In this document: positions 25,071 through 36,813 of the stretch, piece by piece
How the letters are laid out: each line of letters starts with the position of its first letter
How positions within the stretch are numbered: the first letter of the stretch is position 1
Origin: Octopus bimaculoides
Taxonomy: Eukaryota
Direction: 5' to 3'
Assembly: GCF_001194135.2 (NCBI RefSeq)
Contig: NC_068981.1
Location: 99,245,371 to 99,293,920, forward strand
Length of the DNA stretch: 48,550 nt
Notes under the pieces: model-generated
What the model saw: only the letters and a program-made list of their open reading frames with translations
Told to the model about the DNA's origin: nothing
Database searches by the model: none
Program-made: the position numbers and the translations under genes

Positions 25071-25638
25071 AAGGGTAACAGAATAATATGGATAAGATGC
25101 ATAAACTATGAATAAATAAAATTAAAGTTTTATTACCTTTAATTAGAATCAAAATTTAATATTTGAAATTTAAAATTTAAAGATTTATTAATTTTAATCA
25201 GTAGATATGGATCTGACAGGTTATTATACAATTGCTATTCACCTCTGCTGTTAAAAACGGTTTCTCACACTTAGTTTACAGCAAAAAATAATATTCTTCA
25301 AGTTGAATCTATAATGCAGGTTTGATTCCTTACTGAAACCATTTACACTGCAAATGCTGCTAAGTAAATCCTAAATGTCTTTTAAAATTCTTTCTTCCTA
25401 AAGATTTTGAAGAAAGATAACAGCATTTTTAAACCTATTGTTTGTTCATTTATATACTTATTTCATTGTACCCTGTGTTGCTTGGTGACAAATCTTCAAT
25501 TTAGGGAAACTAGTAATGGTCTGTATCAGCAGATGATTCATGAAATATTGAAATATTGCAGAGACATTTGACGATTAGATGTTTTTGTTACCATTAAATT
25601 ATTGAATGGAAGTAGCACTTTATTTATTATTGGATTGA

Positions 25639-25860
25639 AGTCAGAAAGCTGGCAGAATCATTAGCATGTTGCACAAAAGGCTTAGCAGTATTTCTTCTGG
25701 TTTTATGTTCTGAGTTCAAATCCCATTTAAGTTGACTTCATCTTTCGTTGTTTTGGGGTTGATAAAATAAGAACCAGTTGAGCACATGGGTTGATGTAAT
25801 TGACATCCCACTTCTCACAAAAATTTCTAACCTTGTACCTATTGTAGAAAGAATTTATTA
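25639..25860 (+). mobile_element. SINE family A copy (sense)
   Basis: gctggcagaatcattagcatg..ttctgagttcaaatccc..ggttgataaaataagaaccagttgag..ccttgtacctattgtagaaagaatttatta. Confidence 0.75.
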
Positions 25861-27984
25861 TTAGAATGATGTGCAAAACATGAAAAAATAATAGATTTTA
25901 AAATATCGATATTACACTTGAGAACAAGGCATTAATGTCAATCTTAAATGGATTTGAAGTATATGTGATTTCACTTATGTATCATTTGTATTGAAACTGC
26001 CTGAAGAATGAAACTCACATACAAGTGTTTTACTTTCTGCTCTTATTATTTATGTATAAATATATATTTCCAGAAGAAAAAAATAATTAAAAGAATTTTT
26101 AATTGATGAATATGTCCCCCTACCAGTCAAAAATTTAGACAGAAAAACTGAAAATAATGCGAAATAATTTAAATTTTTAAATTAGAAAAAAATTATCAGC
26201 ATTTTACTTTATGATCACTATAGCAAAAATACATTTTATTGGTTTTCCTTCATATATGCCAAAGCATGTAACATGGCTAAATTGTTGCATCTGTAAAGGG
26301 TAAATAGAACAACAAAAGATAACATTCAGATAATTCTCACTAAATTTGAGACTGACCTACATCTATATCATTGTCTAAAATCCCTAAAAAATCTGTGATA
26401 TGTTGAAGCAGCTTATCTGCTGTGTGCAGCTGCTGCTGCTGCTACTGTTACTGTTGTTGTTTAGCTATAAATCAGCCCTGGTTGAGCAGACATAAGTTCA
26501 AATGTATTCCGTCCTTGAACATCCCATAATATAATTGTTTTTCAAACATAGTATACCCTGAACTACATCATCCAATATGTCCTCTTTTAAGACATTGGGA
26601 TGTGGTTTGAAGAAAATTTTGCTGCTATTTGTAACAGATCAAAAGATCCCATTTTGTTATGTAGAAAACATTGGAAAATCTTGAGATGGATGGATTTAAA
26701 TTGATCTGCAAGCTAGTTCAATTATTGCTAATATAACAAAAACAAAACAAAAAATCAATTGCTGGAATATCCTTCAGACAATTTGAACGAAGTTGCTTCA
26801 GTTCAGTTGCTTCTAGATTTTACTGACTCTTCTATTAGAGTAGTTGTCATAATTATATTTCATTTCTCTTTCTTTTTTTTTTTTTATTTATTATTTTCTT
26901 ACTATGTACCTCTGTTCCTATCAGTGACCAGAAATATTTCTCTCTAGTGTAAAGAACTACTTCTCATTACTCTCTCTCTCTCTCTGCATCAGTAACTATC
27001 AATGGCAATTTAATTTTTCTTTATCAGTTAGTCAAAGGAAGGAATCAGAGCACTAGATTTCTGTACTCCTTATATGAAAGTAAATATATGGAATATCAAT
27101 GTCCCATAAAATCAGTCAATAAGGTATTTAATTTTCTAAAGCATTCAACTAAGAAATCTTCAGCTTTATAACCAGAAATTATATTATAGAAATATCCACG
27201 TTTGTACCATATATAATTGTAAAACAACAGATCCACATACTGTGACTGATATTTAGCTGAATATCTGTCTGTAAGTTAACAGCTGCAAGAAGAGATTTTC
27301 AGAGGGTTGATGTTCTCAGAAGGAGAATGTTAGTATAGTGCTTAGTGCATGGTCTGGAATGTGACACACAGTAAGATGATCCCAAATCCTCGAGACAGGA
27401 GGGGGAGAGTGAGTTGTAGTGATGACAAACTACTATATAGATTTCATTGCCCCCAAAACGATGCCTTGTTTCGTAAAGTACAAAGCACAGTTGATAAAAC
27501 TCACTGCACCATACTCAGTTTTGTAGACTACTGATTACATATTTTATTGATATCTCTGCTGTCTGACCACTACCACCACCACACTATTACCACTCCAACC
27601 CCTACAATTAGCAAAGATAGAAAGTAATGTCAACATTGATAAAGTTTCTATTCCCAGCACAAATCAAGGTGAAACTAAACACTGCACTCTTCTTTTACCT
27701 CTCTCCTGCTCCTAGACGTTAGAGGGCAATCTATGTTAGTTAACTTTATCTCTACCCTATCTATGATAAACTATCAGCTGCAGACATATCATCATAACAA
27801 ATTCCAACATGTTCTCCTAAGCACTAATCTTAAGATATCAGAGGTGTTCAGCACTGATACAACACTGGCCTTTGTTTCTCAAAGCTGGCTAGTCTCTTGC
27901 CTTTGTTTTTCACCCATATTAGGTCCATCTCCACCATCATGTTGTATGTCATGCCTTTTAATCAAAGTAAGGCTCTCATGATAC

Positions 27985-28019
27985 ATTTTATCATCATAAT
28001 CATCGTTGTTGTCATCATC

Positions 28020-28075
<56 letters not shown>

Positions 28076-28200
28076 AATCATCATCATCATCATCATCATC
28101 TTTGTCATTGTCACTGTCATATTATCCTCCTCCTCCTCATCATCATCATTCAATGCTTGTATAAGTTAGATGCCACTACCATCATCATCATTATCATCAA
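27985..28200. repeat. (CAT)n trinucleotide microsatellite
   Basis: Long, nearly pure CAT run at ~28020-28100 with degenerate flanks; source of the poly-Ile and poly-Met ORFs. Confidence 0.95.
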
Positions 28201-28219
28201 CCCCTGGATATTACTATTT

Positions 28220-28460
28220 CAAGTCCTAGGACTCTTAAGGATGGTTAAGTCGTTTCTATGACCTATAAGTGACTGTGATCACAACATTCCCCTTGAACAG
28301 GATTCCAGTTTGTGGGAGGGTTACTCATTCACAGCTGAGTGGCCTGGAGCATCCTGAAATGCAGTGTTTTGCTCAAGATCCCAATGCACAGCTTGGTCTG
28401 AGAATCAATCTTATGATTGTGAGTGCAACACTCTAATCAGTAAGCCACATGCCTTCACTT
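28220..28460 (-). mobile_element. CORE-like SINE family C copy
   Basis: cattcacagctgagtggcctggagca..gaaatgcagtgttttgctcaag is the reverse complement of the core at 44440-44485. Confidence 0.7.
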
Positions 28461-28670
28461 CTCCAACACAGTGGTTTTCTGATAGTTGCAGTCTTTTGTG
28501 AGGGTTGGACTCCCCTGTATCGGATCACTTGGTATTTGTTAATCTGACTGTCATCCTTCATAGACATTACTTCTTCATACCAGCTCTATCTTCTCTATTA
28601 CACACTACATCTGATTTCTCTTACATCCACATTTTCTTTTGGCTTATTTGTGCACTGTTATTCATGTGCA

Positions 28671-29054
28671 GTGGAGGCGCAATGGCCCAGTGGTTAGGGC
28701 AGCGGACTCGTGGTCATAGGATCGCGGTTTCGATTCCCAGACCGGGCGTTGTGAGTGTTTATTGAGCGAAAACACCTAAAGCTCCACGAGGCTCCGGCAG
28801 GGGATGGTGGCGAACCCTGCTGTATCCTTTCACTACAACTTTCTCTCACTCTTACTTCCTGTTTTTGTTGTGCCTGTAATTCAAAGGGTCAGCCTTGTCA
28901 CACTGTGTCACGCTGAATATCCCCGAGAACTACTTTAAGGGTACACGTGTCTGTGGAGTGCTCAGCCACTTGCACATTAATTTTACGAGCAGGCTGTTCC
29001 GTTGATCGGATCAACTGGAACCCTCGACGTCGTAAGCGACAGAGTGCCAACAAC
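28671..29054 (+). mobile_element. Young tRNA-derived SINE family D, full length, with 11-bp TSD ATTCATGTGCA
   Basis: TSD at 28660-28670 and 29055-29065; A box 28683-28693; B-like box 28726-28738; (CAA)n tail. A decayed partial copy lies at ~33020-33140. Confidence 0.93.
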
Positions 29055-29109
29055 ATTCATGTGCACTAACAATACTCATCCAGTTTGGCATCCTCCTTTT
29101 TCTTCTCCT

Positions 29110-29650
29110 TTATTTTAGCCATCCCACATCTTATGCATACAATGCCCATGTTTCACAAGCATCATACAATCTGCTCGTCACTCACAGAAAAATCACTTTG
29201 TTCTAACAGAGGTTTCTAACAGCTCCCTAAACTTTTTTCCATCTTGTTCTTTCAGTGGCTACAATGATTTTGGAACACCCTCTTCCACTACTTATTTGGT
29301 AATTTAAGTAACAGAAGCTATTAACTGCTTGTAGGGGACCCTCTGTGTAATTTGAAGAATTTTTTCCTGTGAATTTTTTCATATTGCTAACCAGTCCAGC
29401 ACATCTGTTACAAAATCCTCCTTCTCTGATAGCCTGGAACACCCATAGTTTTCAACAGGTGCATGGCAACAGCTCAGAGGATAACAGACACCCCTCAATT
29501 TCCCTTCTTACTTAAAATTTTGCCTTTGTTAAGACCTCATGATTCTAGGCCTTACACTTTTGGAATTTTCATTGAATTCCATTTTAATTGCAAAACCACT
29601 TTGCAGTATGGACTGAGTGTATTTTATCAGACCATCCTCACTAGAAGATA
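29110..29650 (-). mobile_element. RTE LINE reverse-transcriptase/thumb fragment
   Basis: AVNSFCYLNYQISSGRGCS....RTRWKK then frameshifted ..RLYDAC, matching RTE VDSFCYLGD.ISSGGGC..RI..GWKKFREL..GRLYDAC. Confidence 0.75.
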
Positions 29651-30966
29651 AAATAATCCCATTGAGAGGACATACTGTGATGAATAAGAAAAGCAAATTC
29701 ATTGCTGGGAGAAAAATAATGAAATTCAAAAACTAATATTTCCAGTTCAGAATAGAAAAGGATGAAGTAGATAATTGAACATGACTAATGTGATGGATTG
29801 CTGTAGAGAGTGAAAAGTGATGAGTTGTAATCTTGAATAATCTGTGCAAGGAGAAGAAAAAAAGAATAGAGTTTATATCCCACCAAAGTTGACTTATTCT
29901 TTTCATTGTTTAGCCTCAAATCTAGCCATGACTTACCTGTCTTTTTTTAACATATAGAATTAGATTGGCAAATGTGGTCTTCCTTTTTATGATAACAGAG
30001 TGTGATCTGAGTGAAAAGGAAGGGTCATCATGCATGATTCCTGCAGGTCCTTTGAGGGCCAATGAGCTTGATTGAGGCTACAGCAAGTCAACACATTTCT
30101 AGTAACTTGAATAATCACATTATAACTTTCAATGTTGGTTTCAACAAACCCTTCTATGGTTGATAAAATAACAACTAATCAAGTACTGGAGTCATTTAAA
30201 CCAACGTGTATCACAAATATTTCAACTGACCTTATTTACTGTGATCAATACATCCTGTTTCAGTACTCATGTTGTTCTTACAAGCATGAGCAATTTCAAT
30301 TCAGGTTTTATTTTCTAACAAAACAAAAAGCAACAGAATTAGGATAACCAAATATTCTAAAATCAGTTCTGAATGACACAATAAAACATTTTGGAGAGAA
30401 GCAAATATTATATGTTTTTTTATTGTTTGTTGTATAAATGTATAACGAGCAATAAATCATCAACTTTTACCTGAAAGAATTAAGTTTAATGTTTTTTCTT
30501 TATTTTATCCTCATTTCAATGGGTTGTTTTATGATTAAGGCTGAGCCTGTACAAATTTTGCTCTATGTAACCTACTTATTAATTACCAGCAAATTATAAT
30601 GTGGATAGATAATCCAGAAATTTTTATTCAAATTCACTGTATCTAACCCAAAGTAATTTTTCCATGATTTATTTCTTGTTTTCTCTTTATCTGATATTAT
30701 TTCTTAATTAATGATCAGTCATGACTGTCTTCTCATTTAGTCCCCACACCCAAGTAAATTTAAAATGCAGAAAGTCTTACTGAAGTTTAGTGATAAATGC
30801 TTTCAAAGCCTCGAATTAAAGTTAAACTATGATTTGAATGATATTTGTAATTAATATCTGTTCATAAGTTCACACACAGAACTGTAATTAATTAATTGTA
30901 GCATAACATTGTTTTCTATCATTACATATCATTTCATTTCTTAAAACATTTGCAAAAGGAATAGTT

Positions 30967-31124
30967 ATGTCCAGTGAGAAGAAATATCGTTTACTGGTGC
31001 GTTCAGCACAACAAATTGTTACTGTGTGCAATGCTGGCAAAAATGTACTTGCTGGCAAGGAGATGGATAAGTTGCAAGTGTTAAATGCTAAAGACAATGA
31101 CAGCCTTAGCCTTGTAGTTGATAG
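30967..31124 (+). CDS. AMDHD1: AMDHD1 coding exon 1 ([21 protein letters not shown]...SLSLVVD)
   Basis: ATG at 30967; GTATGT donor; 158 nt. Candidate acceptors just upstream (AG at 30957-58 or 30963-64) suggest an upstream UTR exon. Confidence 0.9.
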
Positions 31125-31615
31125 GTATGTATATATATTTATAGCTACTCTCCACACAGCTCTCACATTTATTTTCCTGTTTAAGTCCTACTGAAGGATA
31201 TGATTGAGTGGATAAAATATTTTAAGTTTGCATCTCACTGTAGGCACCATATATAGTTATTTTTGTTGTCTCTTTGAATAGAACCCTATATTCAATAAGT
31301 CTTGGCCTCTCTCGCTGGAATAAGTATCAGAATTAGAGTTAATGAGGCATCCACAATATGGTCGCTAGATCTAAGAGAAATAGCAACCAAATCTCTTTTG
31401 AATTACAAACTGTTCTCTTTTTTAAAAAAAAGGAAAGGACACATGTGATAATGTAGGTAATAAGTATTCCTTCTCAACCCCCACCTTACGCTGTTAACAC
31501 TTCTCTCACTACTTTTTTCTTTCGTTCTTCACCTCTGCCTTCAGCTGACCAGATGACACATTTGGCCTAAGTGTATTAATATTAATCACCTTTCTCTACT
31601 TCTTGCTCTCTTATT

Positions 31616-31671
<56 letters not shown>

Positions 31672-31681
31672 TACACACACA

Positions 31682-31717
<36 letters not shown>

Positions 31718-33513
31718 TATACTTTTATTCCACCTGTCACTCACTCCCCCTCCACCTTTCTTATTAACTAAAGTATAATGAGCAAACGAACAAGCAAATT
31801 GTTATATAGATTATTATTATTATTATTGTTCAGTAGTTTTATTTTTATAACGTGCTTTCACTTCACTACCGAGCGCAGCTCTGTGCGCCTTGGGTATGTG
31901 CTGTGGTTTGCTGTGGTGCTCTTATGTTTACTGTATTGAAAGTGTTTTGTATTATTATTATTATTATTATCATTATTATTTGTTTGTTTGGCTTTTGCTT
32001 TGTGCTTGTACAAGTTGACTCCAAGTCTCACCCAGAAACCTCAAGAGACAACAAGTTAGAAGTTTAAGTTGGCATTATGACTAGGGTGCCATATCTTTTG
32101 TTTTGCAGAGAATTGTTCTACAGAATGTCTGTCAAAGCATAAGTAAATCAGAAGTTACGATGACAGTAAAAAAGAGAATAGTTTGTAATTTAAAAAAGAT
32201 ATTGTCACTATTTCTTTTAGATCTAGTGACCATGGAGACAACATGATCGACGGTTTCATTTTGTTGTTTACATACATAACATGTTGGGTTACTGCTGTTC
32301 TTTAAGATGTTGACCTGGTAGCTTCTTGTAGGTAGGCATTGATCTTGGGCTGCTTTGATAAACCCTTCAGTCTCTGATTTTAAGCCAGGAGACACTAACC
32401 ATTGATGGGTAAGGGCTTTGTCAACATCAGCATTATTATTACTATTATTATTATTATCATTATTACTAGCTGGACCCATGAAAAATTCACGGAAAACATA
32501 AAAAATATAAGCATCTGTAAACAGTGTACTGGTGCCATGAGAAATGTTTGTATATTATGACCGTTTGTCATTACGTTCTGAGTTCAAATTCTGCTGAGAT
32601 CGACTTTACCTTTTGTCCTTTCAGGGTCTATGAATTAAGTATCAGTTGTGTACGGGGGTCGATCTAATCAACTGGCCCCCTCCCCACAATAAATTCAGGC
32701 CTAGAAAAGTATATTGTGAGAGTTACAGAATATAGAAAGTAATGTAACACCAATGACTATATAATCCAACCAAAATATCTCAGTTACACAAACGTAAACA
32801 GAATTACTTTTTAACCTTAAAATACATCATACATATTCAAAGAACTCTAATGTAGAAATTGAAATGCAAAAGAACGAAATAATAAATGGATTTATGAATG
32901 AAAGTTTGGTAATTGCATTTATTTCCACCACATGACACTTATTATTGCAAACATGCTTTAAGTAACCTAAACTATACACACACACACACGAATACATTCA
33001 TATATATATGTCTTGAATTGTAGCTATAATTCAAAGGGACCAGCCTTGTCATATTTTGTGTGAGGCTGAATCTCTCTGAGAACTACGTTAATGTTATGCA
33101 TGTCTGTGGAGTACTCAATCATTTGTGAGTTAATTTTATCATCGTGTGGTAATGAAAAGTGAAATATTGACATCCATTATTTGCTGTGTGTATGTATCTA
33201 TGTATGAACTTTTCTTTGGATTTACGTATCTGCTGTCTCGGTCATTTTCTGTTTCTCATTCACTTCCTTTACATCCCTCTTCTCTCCTGCTTTTGATTTA
33301 ACAATGTGTATATGTATCTATGTATCTACTTCTCTTGTAATGTGATAAACATGTAAAAATACAAAATGAATGCCGTTACCACTCACTGTCTCTTTCACTC
33401 CCTCTCTTTCTCTCTCACTTTTTCTCTCTCTCACACTCTCTTTCTTTCTCTCTTATGTCCTCTCTGAAACATTTAAAAACACAAAACGAATGTTGTCACC
33501 ACTCACTGTCTTT

Positions 33514-33601
<88 letters not shown>

Positions 33602-36600
33602 TACTTCCACTCTGTCTTCCTCTCGCTTTGCCACTTCTTTGAAGTAAGTGTGACATATACAACAAGTACGTAAAAAAAACAGAAAGTTAGCATATTAATA
33701 TTATTGATTATTATTATTTCAACTCAGGTTTCGTTGGAACTCCTAGAATCTTGCATGAGTTGCAGGCTTGCTACTTGCAGCCGATGGTACCATGCTATTT
33801 GTTCTCTTCAAATATCTAATACTTTCCTGATGATTCTGGCCATGTGAAGGAGGCAAACTTTATGCAACAGCTCTACTGGGCACTCTATACCTATTTCCCT
33901 TATATTCCTCTCAACACCTTTTGACTCTATCCCCAAGGCCCGATAATAATTGGCACATCATCATCATCACCATCATTATTATTGATCACAGTGGATTGTT
34001 AAAATCATTAGAGCATAGGGTAAGAATGCTTCGCAGTATTTCGTTACACCCTTCTGTTTTTTGAGTTCAAATCCTACCAAGGTCGACTCTAACTTCCCTC
34101 CTTTTTCTATCAATAAAATAAAGTATCAGTTAAGTGCTGGGCTGAGTATAATCGACTGCCCCCTTCCCTTAAAACTTCTGTCATGTTTTCAACAGTTTTA
34201 TGCAAACTTCTATGAAACTAAGTACCTGAAGTATGTGTAGCCTTATCTCTTGTAGGTATAGGATTGTATCTTGCTCAAAATGTTAGTCTTTATTTCATCT
34301 CACAGTGCATCACTAATACAATAACACACATGTCAGCAATTGAAACCTAAAACTGAACGGGTTGCAAATTCATCAATGGAAAATATAAATATTGGTGCAC
34401 TATTTATCCTTTTACTTAATTAACTCAAGATAATCAAATTTCATTTAAGATTTAATTTTATAAAACAAAATCACATCTCCATTTGATACATGATATTCAA
34501 TTAAGAAGAATACCATTGGAGAAAGTTATAACACGTAGGTAACATATAATTACATAAGTGGTTCTATATCCAGGAAGGTACATAGAACTCATACCAGTTA
34601 CAAACAGGATGAGGGACATATTCCCTAACTGCCTTAATGTTTTTTTTTTTAAAAAAAGCTTCTACTTTTCTTTCTTCTTTGCTTTCAGAATTGGAAATAT
34701 ACTAGAGATAGGTGACACCAAAGAAATTCTACTCAAGTATCCTGTTTCTCAATTCAAGAAGGTAATAGATGTCAAAGGAATGTGTATTTTGCCAGGTGAA
34801 TATGAAATTAAAATTTCAAAACTGTTCCTACATATTTAAATACAATTTTAGACAGTGAAGATCTTAGTAAATCCTGCCAGCGACACTAAATTGTATTATT
34901 AGGCATGCTACAGTCTCTTATTTTATTTATCCCCAGATACTAGAAGTATGTTGTTCTTTTTGCTACTGTTGCTGTTGATTTCTTAAGTTCTAAATATTAT
35001 ATTTGACTATTCCTCTTTATGAACTTATCATTTCTTTGAATACTTACTGTCAAGTGTAATTTACTCTAAACCAAAAGATATAGAGAGTGAAGGCTTTGCT
35101 CGTGATCTCCGAAATTTTGTGTAATGTAGCATAACAGTTTAATGCTAAACCTTAGACTTGAAAGTCAGATTATAAGAAAGATACGAAGTAACCGAAAGTG
35201 CATGTAAGGTAAGTAATTCATGAAAAATTATTTACAGAATTATCTCCCATAACTGTACTTAACAGCGCTTAAAATTGAAGTCATACCCACCAACATGTAC
35301 ATTTATAGAATGATGTAGTCACAGAAACGTTAAAGTTTGGCTGAGTAATTTAGAACTGTTTAGTTACAATTCTTTACATTCACTTTTTAAATCTCTCAGC
35401 AGCTGATAAAATGTTCCCCCAGTATTTAGTTACGACTTTACATACTGTGTTTAGATCCTGCCGGGGTTTGGGTTGCCTATATTTGATCATTTTGATCCCT
35501 GTCCCATACTGACCTTTCAGGGACACCCACAAATGTCCCGCATTAAGTTCATTTTTAAATCTTGTAATAAAAATATTTTTTAATTACCGTCTTACGGTTC
35601 TTAGTTGTAACTTTATAAGTAACTATGCTTTCTTTTTTCATATTCTCTTGATAAAAATAAACCAAATCTAACGAGGAAACTAGTGCTGCTAGAAGTTTAC
35701 ACAAAACTGACGTATTTGCAACNNNNNNNNNNNNNNNNNNNNNNNNNNNNNNNNNNNNNNNNNNNNNNNNNNNNNNNNNNNNNNNNNNNNNNNNNNNNNN
35801 NNNNNNNNNNNNNNNNNNNNNNNNNNNNNNNNNNNNNNNNNNNNNNNNNNNNNNNNNNNNNNNNNNNNNNNNNNNNNNNNNNNNNNNNNNNNNNNNNNNN
35901 NNNNNNNNNNNNNNNNNNNNNNNNNNNNNNNNNNNNNNNNNNNNNNNNNNNNNNNNNNNNNNNNNNNNNNNNNNNNNNNNNNNNNNNNNNNNNNNNNNNN
36001 NNNNNNNNNNNNNNNNNNNNNNNNNNNNNNNNNNNNNNNNNNNNNNNNNNNNNNNNNNNNNNNNNNNNNNNNNNNNNNNNNNNNNNNNNNNNNNNNNNNN
36101 NNNNNNNNNNNNNNNNNNNNNNNNNNNNNNNNNNNNNNNNNNNNNNNNNNNNNNNNNNNNNNNNNNNNNNNNNNNNNNNNNNNNNNNNNNNNNNNNNNNN
36201 NNNNNNNNNNNNNNNNNNNNNNNNNNNNNNNNNNNNNNNNNNNNNNNNNNNNNNNNNNNCAGTCATGAGCATGCCTGCAAACGACATGGACAACCTTCCT
36301 AATCTTCGTTCACAAAGCCAAGCCATGAGAAGAAGAAGAATAGAATATTGAACATGGCAGGAAGTCTGATATCAAGCGATACTTAGAAATGGCAAAGCAC
36401 AAAAGCAGTATTCCCACTACTTCAAAAGAAGCTGGTAAAATAACAAATTTCTTGATCAAGAAAAACACAGATGAAGAAAGTAAAATAATAGCCACAGAAG
36501 TTGCAATGGTATTTCATACTGTCCGTCATCATCAGTCATTCAGTTCAAATGACTGTACGAACATTACTGATTCTAAAATTGCATGGAAATTTTCAAGTGC

Positions 36601-36776
36601 TAGGACTAAATGTGCTGCAATAATATAAAATGTTGTGGCTCCATACACTATTGTGGAGATTGTTAAAGATATAAATAACTCTTCTTTTTATGGTATATCT
36701 ACATATGCAAGTAATCACAATGCTGAGAAAAATTTCCTGATTGTGCACTGGATTGCTGATGAAGTTATTGCGAGTA

Positions 36777-36813
<37 letters not shown>

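Noticed and set aside
27300-27560. GC-richer island with a 61-aa ORF
   Set aside because: No recognisable motif, splice pattern or repeat match; nothing supportable.
27897-28169. Poly-Ile/poly-Met ORFs, and LSLS/ERER ORFs at 33370-33673
   Set aside because: Microsatellite translation artefacts.
28671-28745. tRNA gene (A and B boxes present); likewise 23061, 44356 and the SINE-A heads
   Set aside because: No complete cloverleaf or acceptor stem; each continues into a repeat body with a tail and, for two copies, a TSD. These are SINE heads.
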